Source: Camelus dromedarius (Eukaryota). Taken from it: a DNA stretch of 64,000 nucleotides. This document shows, in pieces, positions 25,371 to 39,514 of the stretch. Location of the stretch: contig NC_087436.1 of the NCBI RefSeq assembly GCF_036321535.1, positions 74,898,001-74,962,000 of the forward strand, given 5' to 3'. Below the pieces are notes generated by a model. It saw nothing but the letters and a program-made list of their open reading frames with translations. It searched no databases and was not told where the DNA came from. The position numbers and the translations under genes are program-made. Positions within the stretch are counted from its first letter, which is position 1. Each line of letters starts with the position of its first letter.

Positions 25371-27960
25371 CATAAAACATTCCATCCAAAAACAACAGAA
25401 TATTCATTCTTTTCAAGTGCAGATGGAACATTCTCCAGGGTAGATCACATGCTAGGCCACAGAACAATTCTCAATAAATTTAAAAAGACTGAAATCATAT
25501 CAGGCATCTTTTCCAACCACAATGGTATGAGACTAGAAATCAAATACAAGAAAAAACTGAAAAAATGCAGACATGTAGAAGCTAAACAATATGCTACTAA
25601 ACAACAGTGGATCACTGCAGAAATCAAAGAAGAAATTTAAAAAAATACCTGGAGACAAATAAAAATAGAAACATGACCCCAAATCTATGAGACTCAACCA
25701 AAGCAGTCCTAAGAGAGAAGTTTATACAGATACAAATCTACCTCAGGAAACAAGAAAAATCCCAATATACAATCTAACCTTACACCTAAAGGAACCAGAA
25801 AAAGAAGAGCAAAATACCCAAAGTTACTACAGGAAGAAAATAATAAAGATCAGCATGAAGATAAATGAACTAGAGACTTAAAAAATGAAAAATGTCAATG
25901 AAACTAAGAATTTTTTAACAACATAAGCAAAATAGATAAACCTTTATCCAGACTCATCAAGAAAAAAGGAGAGAGGATTCAAATCAATAAAACAGAAATG
26001 AAAAAGGAGAGATTACAACTGACATCATAGAAACACAAAGGATCAAAATATATTACTACAAACAATTATAGCCAATAAATTGGACAACCTATAAAAATGG
26101 ATAAATTCATCGAAATATACAGTCTTCCAAGATTAGAGATTCTAGTTCAGGAAGAAAAAGAAAATAGGACTGATCAATTACCTGTAATGAAATTGTGTCA
26201 GTAATTTAAAAAAGCTCCTAAGAAACAAAGGTCCAGGACCAGATGGCTTCACAGGTGAATTCTACCAAACATTTAAAGAAGAGTTAACATCTATTCATCT
26301 CAAACTACTCCAAAAAATTGAAGAGAGAGGGATGCCTCCAAACTTCTTCTACAAGGTTAGCATCACCCTGATACAAAAACTGGACAAAGATATCACAAAA
26401 AAAAGAATATTATAGGCCAGTATAGCTGATGAACATAGATACAAAAATCCTCAACAAAATACTAGCAAGTCATATGTAACAATAAATTAAAAGGATCATA
26501 CACTGTGATTAAATGGGATTTATCCCAGGGATGCAAGGATATCAATATCTGAAAATCAGCCAATGTGATACACTGTGTTAACAAACTGAGGAATAAAAAT
26601 CATGATTATCTCAATAGATACATAAAAAGCTTTTGACAAAATTCAACATCCCTTTATGATTAAACTCTCAGCTAATGGGTATAGAGGGAACATACTTCAA
26701 CATAATAAAGACCATATATGACAAACCTATAGCCAACATCATACTCAATGGTAAAATGTTGAAAGCATTTCCTCTAAGATCACAAACAAGACAAACATGC
26801 CCACTCTTGCCACTTTTATTCAACATGGTATTGGAAGTCCTAGCCACAGCAATCAGACAAGAAAAAGAAATAAAATCAATCTAAGCTGGAAAGGAAAAAG
26901 CAAAACTGTCACTGTTTGCAGATGGCATGATGCTATACAAGGAAAATCCTAAAGATGCCACCAAAAATCTACTAGAGCTCATCAATGAATTTGGTAAAGT
27001 GGCAGGATACAAAAGTAACATACAGAAATCTGTTGCATTTCTATACACTTTCAATGAACAATCAGAAAGAGAAATTAATTTTTAAAACCCTATGTACAGT
27101 TGAGTAAAAAATACTTAGGAGTAAAATTAACCAAGGAGATGAAAGACCTGAACTCTAAAAACTATAAGAGATTGAAAAGTGCAATTAAAGATAACACAAA
27201 CGAATGGAAGGATACACTATGCTCATAGATTAGAATAATCGATATTGTTAAAATATCTATACTACCCAAAGCAATCTACATATTCAGTGCAATCCCTATC
27301 CAAATTCCAGTGGCACTTTTCACGTAAGTAGGACAAATAGTTCTAAAATTTGTATGGAAATACAAAAGACCATGAATAACCAGAGAAATCTGAAAGACAA
27401 GAACAAAACTTAAGGTATCATGCTCCCTGATTTCAACTATATTACCAATCTACAGTGATCAAAAGAGTATAGTGCCAGCACAAAAGCAAACACATAGATC
27501 AATGGAACAGAATAGAGAGCCCAGAAATAAACCTGCACTTATATGGTCAATTAATCTACAACAAAGAAGGCAAGAATATACAACAGTGAAAAGACAGTCT
27601 CTTCAATAAATGATGTTGGGAAAACTTGACAGCTATTTGCAAAAGAATGAAATTGGACTACTTTCCCACATCATGTACAAAAATACACTCAAAATGGATT
27701 AAAGACTTAAATGTAAGACCTGAAACCATAAATCTTCTTGAAGAAAACATAGGTAGTATCCTCTTTGACATCACACTTAACAATATTTTTTTTTTGGATC
27801 TATCTCCTCAGGCAAGGGAAACAAAAGCAACAATGAAAAAAAGGGACTATATCAAAATAAAAAGCATTTTCACGATAGAAGAAATTATCCAACTAATATA
27901 ATATAATATTGTAAGTCAGTTATTCTTCAATAAAAAATGATGAAATGAAATAAAATAAAA
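24545..27960 (+). mobile_element. LINE-1 (inter-ORF region + degenerate ORF2), with deletion before the 3' tail
   Basis: Endonuclease remnants (YSFFSSADGTFSRVDHMLGH), RT remnants ([21 protein letters not shown]); A-rich tail after ttcttcaataaaaaa. Confidence 0.95.
25285..25372. repeat. Compound (CA)n-(TG)n-(TA)n microsatellite
   Basis: Seen directly, inside L1 ORF2. Confidence 0.95.
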
Positions 27961-28989
27961 TATAACTCCCCTGTGTCCACAAGGGAAAACAGAATGTGCC
28001 CTGGGCAAGAGATGTGGATAATTCCCTGTATAAACTGGCTCACCAGACGTGCCTATTCAGGACAGGGTCTCTGACAGTGAGAAAAGAATGGCTTTTTGTT
28101 GGATTGCTTAGCAGCCATATTTTCCTGGCTTCATTTGTAGATAGAGGGCTGAGACATTAGCTTCATGTAAGCTTGTTGTTGGTCAGAGATGCTTTGAGGG
28201 AATGTTTTGTGGCTTAAGGGAAATTTTATGGCAGGGGTTAAAGTCCTTGGAAGAAAAAGATCCAGATAGCAATTGAAAATTGTGTGAAAATGAAGGCAAG
28301 TTTGACACCACGGCTCCCATATACAGACTGACTACAGACCCAGCTGCAGGAGGTGCGGGTGAAATGCGAGAAGACTCCATCCGCTCTAGCAGATGACAGG
28401 TAGTGTGAAACCACACTGTGTCTTGGCAGCGTGGGGCTGCTTCTTCTTCGCCATTCCTAATTCAACAGCCTAGCGTGGAAACTCCAATGAGCCTTCCTTG
28501 CATGCTTCTTTAAAAGTAAACACAGCCTAGACTTCTGTTGCTCACAAGCTAGTCAACAAGATTCAGAATAAAATCCGGTAAGTCTGGTGTCTTACTTGCT
28601 GAACCAGTAAAAACAAGAAGAGGATGCTATGTTGGAACATTCCCCTTGATTAATGAAGACCTCTAGTTTCATTTCTCCCCACCACCATTCCGCTTTTATT
28701 CATGCCCTTACTCATTCAGTCAGCAGAGGAACTGTGGGGATCCAAGAAACTTTCATTGAGCCCGCACTAGTGACAGTGCTAGTTACAGTGTGAAGAATAT
28801 AGAGCCATGAGGTCTTGATCTCTTCCTGTAGGAACTCACAGTCCAGCTAAGGAGAATGTATAAAAATAAATAGCTGCATTCCTCAGGGCTGGATGCAATA
28901 ATGAGGGTGGGTAATTGGTGGAACAGGGGCTCAAAGGAGGGAGACAAGGAATCTGCTTAATTGAAATCTTCACAAAAGCTGATATCTCT

Positions 28990-29160
28990 GTGCCAGGCAC
29001 TGCATCAAATACTTCACCTCCTTTAGCTCACTTCATTCTCCAATGACTATCATTTTAAAAATTAGAAAACCAAAGTGTCAAGAAAGCAGGTAACACACCC
29101 ATGGCCATGAAACTAGTAAGAGGCAGAGCCAGGATTCAAGTCTAGGACTGTCTTTTCAGG
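28990..29160 (-). mobile_element. MIR SINE
   Basis: tgtgccaggcactg...ctagtaagaggcagagccaggattcaagtctagg. Confidence 0.75.
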
Positions 29161-32100
29161 TCTCTGATACTCCTCAGCAAGTGACTGATTGCACGGACCA
29201 TGAGCATGGACTGCCCAGTCCATTGGCCTAGAGAGCATGAAACCTGTGTGTGGACGGGCTTGAGCCAAGGACGACTGCTCCTGGTTGCAGAGGAGCTGGA
29301 TGGAGGATGCAACCCTCAATTAGGACTGGCATAAACTCTGACCAGCTTTCTTCACCTCCCCATCCTTTTCTACTGCTTTCAAGGATGCCTATGTCTAACT
29401 TTGCAGCCTTATCTCCACTCCTGAAAGGCTTTTAAAATAATGTAGGGCACCAGGATTGATAGCCAAGCGGGTTTTCTCTGATTCCCTTTGCATGATCTCC
29501 ATTTCGTCTTTCTACCCTTGTTAGATTCAGGAAAGAAATGAAAATGTCTCTGTAATTAAATAGTATGATTCCTACATTAATTGTTCAAGAAGGCTGCTCC
29601 CTCTATTCCCGCCATGTAGTCTTCATAGAAACAATCGCAGTGAACAATCAAATGTTACTGTGAATTTGGGTACATACTTTATTCTGTTTCTTACTCCCAT
29701 CCCCACCCCGGAGGTATAAGACAAACTACAGTTTGGAAGAGTGGGTCACCACAATTGGGGGTAGGTGGGAAAGTAGATGGGTCCCAATTCCCCGGAATTC
29801 TAGTACCATCCTTGCTGCCCACCTCTGTTCTGCTAGCGCTAAGTGTCATTAGTACCTTCGTACCCCCATCAGCTTAGGTCAGCCTTGTGGCTGTTCAGCC
29901 CCATGCATTAGACAATACTGGTGCCAGCTGACAGAACAAATCAGAATTATTTTTAAACCTGTACTCTTTGCTTCTTTGTCCTTGGAACATGCATATGTCA
30001 TCTGTGGAGCTTCTCCCCAAAACTACCTACCTGGCAGTTCTGTCCTCTAAACTCTGGGTTTTCTGTAGCCTGGAATGTGAATCTGGCTCCATCCTCATTC
30101 TCTTCACCTGTTCTCATGGATCCTCTTTCTCTATTTCTTTGCCTGGGTTGACTTCAGAGGCTCTGATCACCCTCAACCCTCCCATCTCCGACATAGATAA
30201 ACAAGAACAAAACTGAAAACTCCCATCACAGTCGCTATTCACTACTGTTAAAACTACTAAAGGAGTGTATACAGGTAAACCAAACCAGCAGGACTAGGTT
30301 AGAAGGTTTCCTTTTACAACTAACAGAAATGAAAATTACCCCTCCGGGTTGAAGCAATTTCCTCTGAGCCACTTCTATTTTCAGTCTGTCTAAGTTTCTA
30401 TTTCAGACTCATGGCTTGAAGGGCTGCGGATGATTATAGACCATACCTATTTTGTAATTTACAGAAGTACTTGCAGGGGCCTCACTTTGCTCATAGGCAG
30501 GGTAGAGGAAATTGTTGAAAGTTATATCAAAGTTCTACTTCCTGACCCCAGGGTTGAACACCAAGTGCTGGGCCTAGAGTTGGCATTTGACAAATGTTTG
30601 CGAGAGACTGTTTGCTTTTCTGGAAACATAGAGATTGGAAATTGTTCATGTTTTCAACTGGTTCAACCTGTTCTATCAATTAGACGTAGAAAAATGCTCA
30701 ATGAAATTTATTGGTGTTTGAAGTATGTAGAAAGACAGTTTTTATTAAAGTGTGATCACAGTCTGTCGGGATTTGCAGGGGAGTTCCAAGTCAGAGAACT
30801 TTGTATTGAGTGACTCCAGGAGATGGTAAGATATAATTTTAAATCAGAAGAGACTAATTTCCCAAGTTTACATATAAGTTGCTAACCACTTACCACACGT
30901 GTCAGAAATGTCCTTTTAGAGAATATCTCTTCTTCATCTTTAGAAACCAGTTTCCATAGGAGGGAGAAGCAGTCTAAGGTAAAACATAATCTTTTTCTTC
31001 CAGCAGAGCAATGTGTGGGCCAAGGGCAAAAGTGCTCATTCAAGTTACCATCCCACTTCAAAGAAGCTGATGGCGTGGGGGATTCACAGAGGCAATTTAT
31101 GGGAAGTTTGAACTCTTCACTCATTTCAGCCAATACAAGCGTTATTCCTTTTTTTCCCCCAAATAAATGGTTCTAAATAGAATTGCACATGACAAAATAA
31201 TTTAAGAAAGCAACACAACATCAAAATACTGATCATAAACTTACCTCCGAAAGGCCTAAAGAATGTGTTTTCCATGGACACAAGTTACACTGCAGTTCCT
31301 TTCTTTTCTGCCCACTCCTGGGTTTCAAACCAAAGGGCCAAGATAAGGTCTGTTGGCAAGACAGTAGCCCATGAATTATCCCCTCCCCTCTAGAGATGCC
31401 ATACGCTAATTCCATGAGGTGGGGTGAAGATAGCAAGTAAACGCAGGGGGCTTAGCCTATGTGTAGTCCTGCTCTCCAGGACAGGGCCAGGATTTTTGTT
31501 TTGTGACTAGAAAGTCCATCTTAAGAGCTATTTGCCCCCCTGCAAAGTGTATCCATAAGAACGCTACCTGCCTTATGCTATTTACTGTGTATATACACTC
31601 ATACTATCTATGGCTGGTACCAACATATGAGGAAAGAGTCTCAAATTTCAGCAAGCACCAGGATTATTTGGGGAGCTTATTAAATATACCACTTCCCTAG
31701 TCTGACCTCCAGACATTCTGACCCATCAGTTGGACCCTGGAGTCACATGTATGTTAAATGCCCTGATGGTCCTGATGCCTGCAGGGTGCAGGCCACACTC
31801 TATAGCCCTGCACTGGATTTCCATCCATGTCATCGCCATCAGGTCCCTCATGCCAGCAAAAGCCTGGCACAGAGTCAGGGTGCAAAAAACATCTGCTCTA
31901 TGATGGACTTTGGAATCAGAACACCTAGATTTGAGGATTTGTTCTTCTTTAACTGATCGGTTAAACTCTGAGTTCCAAATTTTCGTATCTATAAAAAGAG
32001 AATAGTGTTTGTCTACATAGGGGTCTAGGTTGTCAGTGACGAACAACAGCAACAAAAACAATTCTGGCTGTCTTGAGCCAAAAAGAAATACTTGAAAGGA

Positions 32101-33972
32101 CATTGTACAGGTCATGGGATCCAAAGAAAGGCTGCAGAACCAGGGGGAAGCCATGGGGAGCTGGGCAGCAGGACCTATGCCAAGATCACACAGGGCACTC
32201 CAGTTAAGTCACTGACTTTGAATCACTCAGTATTCCAAGTTTGGAGTGGGAACACTCTAGTTGCCATCCTGCATCTTGTGCCCTGAGTACCAGGGGCCTT
32301 TTCAGACTCCGTAGCGGAAATGAGACCTTACTGTCCCCAAGACTCACACAATAGGAGATTTCTCCAAAACAAGAAATTTTGGATGCTGAGCAGCTAAATG
32401 TACAGTACAGTATTGTCAGCTCCACTTTAAAGATGGAGAATCCAGAGAGGTTAATAACGTGCCAACAAGTGGGCAGAGTCGTGATTTTAACTCAGATCTT
32501 CCTTTCTTCTCTCTAGACCACTCTCTTTGGGAGCTTGTCTTTCATCATTCTCTTGGTCTCAGGCAACTCTTTGCCCTCATCCGTTCTCTGAAATTAGCAA
32601 GGCAAGAAAGTCTTGACTGGAGGAGATCGGGAGAAATTGAAAGGTTGCACCATTTCCCTGACTGTGGCTGTTGTGAATCATTTGGTAATAAAACAAAACT
32701 GTTTCTAAGCACAAATTAAACATTTTAAGAGCCAACTCAGCTTGAAAGAGCAGAGAGAATCACCTCCAATTTACAGTAAGGAAGAGCAATCACCGTTGCA
32801 TCACATCATCTCCCAGATGTGCCCTCTGCTGGGAGTCACTCCAAAGTCAGAGGTCTGTCACCCGTGCTGTCACGATGAATGAGTGGATAGTCCCTTGAGA
32901 CCTAACTTTTCAAAGCAAGACTGATAAACTCATGTGGCTTTGTGGAAGCTGACCTTGGGAATTAAAGTTAATGGAAATGTATATGTAGAGCAATGGAGAG
33001 GTAGTGAAATACCTTACATTTCAAATCATTTTATGTTTTATGAAGTACTTTCACATACATTAACTTCTTATATCACCCCTCTGTAGATAGGTATTTCTCC
33101 CTTTTTGTAGCTGTGAAAATTTGGAGCTCAGAGTTTAACTAGTCAGTTGAAGAACAATGAGTTCCCAAATCGAAGTCTGATTCCAGTGAAAACCTTGCAG
33201 TGTTTGAAGACAAAAGGTGTTCTTGGACAAACAAATGCATGCCACAGTGGACTACCAGCTGGGCAAGCACCTCTGTCCCCAGACAGCAGAGAGGAAGGGG
33301 AGGACCAGTGCTACCCCACGGGGGGGAGCAGACAGACAGCTGCTTGGAAGGAGGAGGACAGGGGTCCTTCCAACATTTGTCAGGGACCAAACCCAGAGAC
33401 TGGGCTGGGTGAGGGGATAAAGAGGGGCAGTGCCACTCTCTGCGCACCAGCAAAAGGGCAGCATTGCCACTGTGTGAAATGGAATTCATACTAAAAGCCA
33501 CATCATAGCAGGCCAGTCTGCTTTTCCTTAAGTGGCCTCCTGGCAATACGTGCTTGCAGTGCAAGTGAAGCTCAGCGTTAACGGTAAGAGCATTGGATTT
33601 TGAGTTAGAAAGGCTAGATTCTAGTATCTCAGGAGCTCACCAGAGTGAGTCATAAAGAGGAGGAGGGGGTGAGCTCCCAGACAACTGGCTTCAGGTCTGC
33701 AGAGATCCAGCTTCTCCCTCTGACCTGGAACCTGGGTCCACAGAGCTTCCTTGTGTGTCTCGGGCCCCAGGCAGAGACCCTGGTAAGCACCACTTCTCTG
33801 GAGAACAAGATGATGGGGGGCAATTTGTCTCTGCCACAAACAGGGACAACAATAAAAATGTTGAGACGGGGAGCTGGTCAGGGATTCCACTGATACTTGA
33901 ATCAACTGATCCATTTTGTCAACTTCATCATTAGTGCTATGGGCAGTAGCATAGCTCAAAAACTTCCATCTG

Positions 33973-34380
33973 TCATTCATATACATACATATATTCCTTT
34001 TCATATTCTTTTTCATTATAGGTTACTACAAGATGTTGAATGTACTTCCCTGTATTATACAGAAGAAACTTAATTACCTATCTTATTTATAGTAGTTAGT
34101 ATCTGCAAATCTCGAACTCCCAATTTATCTCTTCCCATCCTCTTTCCCCCCTAGTAAACATAAGTTTGTTTTCTATATCTTGAGTCTGTTTCTGTTTTGT
34201 AAATAAGTTCATTTGTATCTTTAACATGATGCTATACACCAGAAATTGGCACATTGTCATCTGACTATACTTCAATTAAAAAAGCAATGTATAATATGTA
34301 TCAAATAATCACATTTATATACCTTAAACTTACACAATGTTATATGTCAATTAGATCTTAATAAAGCTGGGGAAAAAATA
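33973..34380. mobile_element. Composite short L1 insertion: inverted segment + forward tail + second older L1 tail
   Basis: 33973-34220 minus-strand L1 3'UTR; 34221-34283 plus-strand tail with poly(A); 34284-34380 L1MA-type tail; flanked by aaaacttccatctg / aaaacttccctctg. Confidence 0.85.
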
Positions 34381-34499
34381 GAAAACTTCCCTCTGGCCAT
34401 CCACGTGTAGAAAGTGGCACTGCCTGCCCAGGCCTCTGCTATGATGAATATCAAGGCACAGAATAAACCTTTAATGTCACAGAGACAAAGACAGCGCCA

Positions 34500-34692
34500 G
34501 GCTCCGTGGACAGGCACTTGGGCAGGTGCTCTAACAGTGCTCATCTGTCCTCACTCCTCTTCCATGACCTCACTTGGGTAGCTTGAAATTGACCATGGTA
34601 GGAGTATTTACATCATGGAAACAAGCAAATGCCACAAATCAGAACTTACTATTTTCCAGAATGTTTGTTTTAAAACCTTTACCAGAACATTT
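34500..34692 (-). mobile_element. MER63-like hAT-Blackjack MITE
   Basis: ggtagcttgaaattgaccatggtaggagtatttacatcatggaaa...gcaaatgccacaaatcag. Confidence 0.7.
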
Positions 34693-35859
34693 CTTTGTTG
34701 TTGTTGTTGTTGTTGTTGTTTTCTGCCAAGAAAACAAAGCTGTTTTTGCATATCGCTGAGGCAGATAGAAGGTCTACAGACGTGACTCCCTAATTTCAGC
34801 TCATGTAATTCAGTACAGGCAGCGGCTGCTTTTGAGTTCTCTACCAAGACTGCTTATGCTTTGTAATTAAGAAAACATGTTGGATTAGGACCTTTCAACC
34901 CGCTGAGACAGCCTGAGTGAAAGTAATCCAAGTTTGTGCTTTTAAACTGGGTCAGGATGTATTGAGCTGAGTACATGCAGTAAAGGTGCTAAACTTGAGG
35001 CTGGTTTTCACAGGGTGTGGACCACTTTCCTTTTGTGCGCACTGCACAGTGCCTGGCATTGAGCTGACACTTGAGTCGGTTTGCTCATTTGAGGGCAAGA
35101 ACAGAGCAATGATACTGAGTTCATTTGTGGGCCCTAAATTGAACTGAGTCATGGGGAAGATTGAATAAGCATCTCTTGTTCACCACCCATAGAAGAGCAT
35201 GGCATAAAAGTGTGAACACCAGCACCTTTGACTATAAACACAACCATGTGTGTGTCGATACCCTGTCCCATAGTTCTGCCAGCATGTCTGCAGGACTGCT
35301 GCCCCCCACGCCCACAGAGCGCCCCACTGGCTTCTGGGAGACGTGCAACAAGACTGTTGAGATTTTTTCTCTTGCCTCTGTGTCAAGATCCATCACTGCT
35401 ATCCAACCAGGGCCCTCTCTGAGGATGCTGTTCCATCACCCTGAGCCTTCAGAGTCTGGAGTTCTATGAATGTCTGCAGAGCATTTAGGGGAACTGGCCC
35501 CCTCCCCAGTTCTCTGTTCCACTTCCTAAGACCATGTTCCTTGGGCTCCAAACAAGCATGCTTGTGTCCAGAGTCGTTATCACACAGAGCCTCCCCAACT
35601 TGGCATTCCAGTCCTCTCTTAGTGGTCCCAGTCTCTCAGCCTCGATTGGGATGAGGAATTGACCACCACATGCTACCCCTCTATTGACCTTTTCACACTC
35701 CAAAAATTGTTGCCTACCTTTTATGAATAGATCAAAAACCCTTAGCATATCACTGAGACAGATAGAAGACAGTGTAACAGGAAATATAGGGGTATTTTCC
35801 TGGTGTCCTGGATGGGTGCTAAGATCTAAAGCCAATGAGCAAAATCTCTAAGAACATGT

Positions 35860-36330
35860 GTCCATTAGGATAATTTTTTTAAGTAACCAAAATGCATCTA
35901 AAATGGCTTAAATAGTAAACAAATATTTTATCTCAAATAGTAGGAGTATCTCCATTCTTTTGACAAGGAACTCCGTGTGTTGCCTTTGTGAGAGCTGGCT
36001 GTGACCCCCAGAGCTGCTGCAGCAATGAGAGAACCCAGCCTGAGGACAGCATCCACAGGCAGGAAGAAATCACCTCTTACACTACCTTGATTTAAAGAGT
36101 TAAACCAAAATGGCTTTCTCAGATCCCAGGTATAGAAAAGTGGAATCATCATAACTGGCTTAAGATAATGAGGATTTCCCCTCAGGGTCTTGGAATAGCT
36201 CATCGGATGCACATGGCTGTGTGAAAGAGGCTGAATATTCAAAGTAAATAGAATTCTGTTCATAAAGTGGAAGTACAGGAGTGGATGTGGGGTGGACAAG
36301 CTGCAGGATCTGCTGTGTAGCCACATTCTA
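35860..36330 (-). mobile_element. Old MaLR (MLT1I/J/K-like) LTR fragment
   Basis: aagtaac...aaatggcttaaatagtaa start; ggctgaatattcaaagtaaatagaattctgtt...aag end. Confidence 0.5.
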
Positions 36331-37719
36331 CATCCAGGGCACTACAGGTACCAGCACCAACCACCTGCTCATAGGTCTACCAAGAGGCACTCAGTCAAAG
36401 AACCATCCCACCCTCTCAATATAAGGGGAGACCAGGAGAGATAAGAGGTCTTTGGGAGACTGCCAGGTGTGTAAAAGAAGCTCTTCCTTCTCTCTCTTCT
36501 GAACAGTGGCCAGCCACTAAAGGACAGAGGACTTGATGCTGTTGGAGCTTGGAGAGAGGGGAAACAGAGACCAATGATGCTAAGAGAGGAGGTACCAGTG
36601 AGGCAGCCTGCTTCTCCCCTGGCTAGCACAGCACAACCTTTAATCTTCTGTGGGCTGAGTGGATACCACAGCAGACAACCAGCCTTGGCCATCTCGCCAG
36701 TATTCCACCTCCAAAAGGGCTGGCATGGGGTGAGGGGAGCCAAGCAACAAGTAGCTGTGGACTACGTCCCTGTGGCAGAGGCTGGAGAGTTATGGAAGGA
36801 GTTAGTTCAGAGTCTGCTCCCCCACGTTAGGGAGCTGTACATTAGGGGGGCTACTCAAGGATTCCCTGAGAGAGCCAGCCATGCCACACAGCAGGCATCC
36901 GCAATGATAGAAGCATCCACAACAGGGCAGCAGTAATGAGTAATGGGCTGGGTGGGGGCTGCCAGCTTGCCATGGAAGATAAGCATTCCCGCCCCCCTCC
37001 CTCTTCTCTGACAGTCACACAAGCCTGGAAGAGAAAGGGGAGGTATAGGACATCCAGAATATGCTTCTGTCACACACTCCAAACCCTCTAGTCAAAGTTT
37101 TCATCTGCATTGGCTGGAAGGGAAGAGAAGTGCTTTGAATCATGCAGTATTGATTTTTTTTTTCCAGTAAACAAAGAAATGATTATTTGAATAACAAAAA
37201 ATGGCCAAAAGATGTTATCAAATCAGGGCAAGATGCCTCACACAGCAGGAGAGAACATCAATTCGGTAGAGTTGGGGGTTTGGGGAGAAATTTTTTCTTC
37301 ATTATACACGAACAAGTTGAGACTCCAAGGTAAATATGGTTTACTTAGGAGCGGGGAGGGGGTTACCCAACTCTAAACTTCAAAAATACCCACGTTCCAT
37401 TTCTAGTCCTGATACAACCCCTATTGTTGACAATAAACATAAATGAAGCCATAGAAATAGAGCTATGCGGGGAAAGCATTTTTTAAAAATCCAGCTGCTG
37501 CCAACGAGGAAGGAAGCCCTCACTTGGAATACAAAATTGAAGTCCTTATACAAGGTGTTCAACCTGTAAACTTCAGCCCCCTAGTGGAAGGCAGAGTTAT
37601 TGCAAAGGGTCCTCCAATCTGTCTGAAAAGTTAGGTGGAGAGCAAGGGAGTGGGGCAAGAGATGAAACTGGAAACAACAGCAGGCTCCACAGAGGGCTGA
37701 TCCACATAAGGACGGTGAG

Positions 37720-38330
37720 AAACCTTTGAAACAGAGCAACGACATGAGCAACTTTGTGTTTTGGAAACAGTACTCTGGCTGCAGGGTGGGAAATGGATGG
37801 GGGTGGGAAATGGATGGGAGAGGGAATACAAAGAAAGCAGTTAATGGGCCATTGCAGCAGTTTTAACAAAAGGCAAAGGTGCCTTGGAATCAGAGGTGGG
37901 GATGAAAGCGAGAAAAGTGGACAAAACCAAGACACTTTAATAGATACAAGTAGCAGCTCTTGGAGACCAAATAAATATGGGGATTAAGGGAGGTGAAGGA
38001 ATTAAAGATGACTTACTGGTTTCTGAGCAACTGAGTGAATGAGACCACTTCCTAAGACCAGGAATACTGGAGGTAAAGCAGATTTTAGAGAAACTAAGTT
38101 CAGTTTTGAATATGACTGGTTGAAGGGATTTAAGATATCTCTATGAAGCAACGACCACTAGGGTACTGGATAGATACCAACTGAGTGGACTTACATCTAA
38201 ACTTGAAGTAGGGAAGAGACATGCTTGCCTTGGGAGAGAGTACACAGTGAGAAGAGGGTCTTAATGTCCGGATAGACAAAGTGGAGACACTGGCAAAGGA
38301 GTACGAGGCCAAGAGGATTACCCGGGAGCG
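37720..38330 (-). mobile_element. LINE-2 fragment
   Basis: Purine-rich L2 pattern (ctctggctgcagggtgg...gagcaactgagtgaatg...aagttcagttttgaatatg). Confidence 0.65.
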
Positions 38331-39514
38331 CCTGAGGTTTGAGGATCAGCAGCCATTAAAAGCGCAGAGTGATATGCTCAAAACTTTCAAAATTAAATCA
38401 GGGTACTCTTGGCAGAAAATGAAACCACTGGCTTTTATTTATAACATCCAGCACTCCATACGTGGTTATAACATAAAGATGGGAAAAGATGTGAAAGAGA
38501 ATAAAGCAGATGATGAGACAATATGTACGTTATAGAATCCAAGCAGGAGAAACAAGGTGACTATTTTGTTACTGCTCACTGTGCTGTGCTGGAAAACTTG
38601 ACCATCACCTTGTTATTGGTATTCGGTAGCCTCACTGCTAGAAAACTTTCTAATCATGGAAACTTCACACTCATCTGTTGCTGAGGCTTAATGTAATTGC
38701 AGGCCAAAGAATTGATGCACAATCTGATTTTGCAACCTCAGGGCCAAGAAGTTGGACGGGGCCCAGAATTTGTTGGATTACTTCAGATTTTTAGGGGTTT
38801 TTCTTTCCTCTTTGATGAACACTTCAGCCTCATGAAAAAAATCTCAAGACTCACAATATTTAATTTTTTTTAAAAAAGCAATAAATGAAATTAAAAAAAT
38901 GATTTGACCGATGAAATAATTTGCAACCCAGCCCTCTTGTCAGCAGGGTCTTTACCTGTGGCCCTGCCTTTTCCTTTCTGCAGGCTGTTTTTGTACGTAA
39001 TACCGCCACCTAGCAGTCTTCAGGAAAATCACCACCCTAACACAGGAAAGAAGTTTTAGATAAAACACATTTTAGGTTTGTCTGGGATTCACTGTATTTG
39101 AGATGAACTTGAGTAACGTTTGAAATATGAACTTCATTACTTTGAAAAGTACCTTTTCCACAGCTACGGGTCTTGAAACCATCGTCTAGCAAACAACAGG
39201 CTGTCATAAACAATTCGGTCAAGATGAAAATGATGGCAAAAGGCAAAATACTCCCTTTGTAAAACTTCAGTACATTTGTAACTAATATAAAACTCCACAG
39301 GTAGATTCTTGGGGAAAGGAGATCAATATTTTTGTTCCAAATGGGTAAAAACCGAGTGTGAGTGATCAGTCTCAAAGAGGAACAGATTCTCGGCCAGAGG
39401 ACCTAGAAATAAGGCATCATATATGCCCAGTAGAAACCTGCGTGACATTTTAATCCATGTCAGGAGCCTGACTCACAAACTAAGCCAAAGTTGCTTCCTA
39501 AGAAAGCTGACTAA

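Noticed and set aside
33139..36936. Cluster of 60-140 aa ORFs in GC-richer DNA
   Set aside because: No homology I recognise, ORFs on both strands, no consistent exon chain
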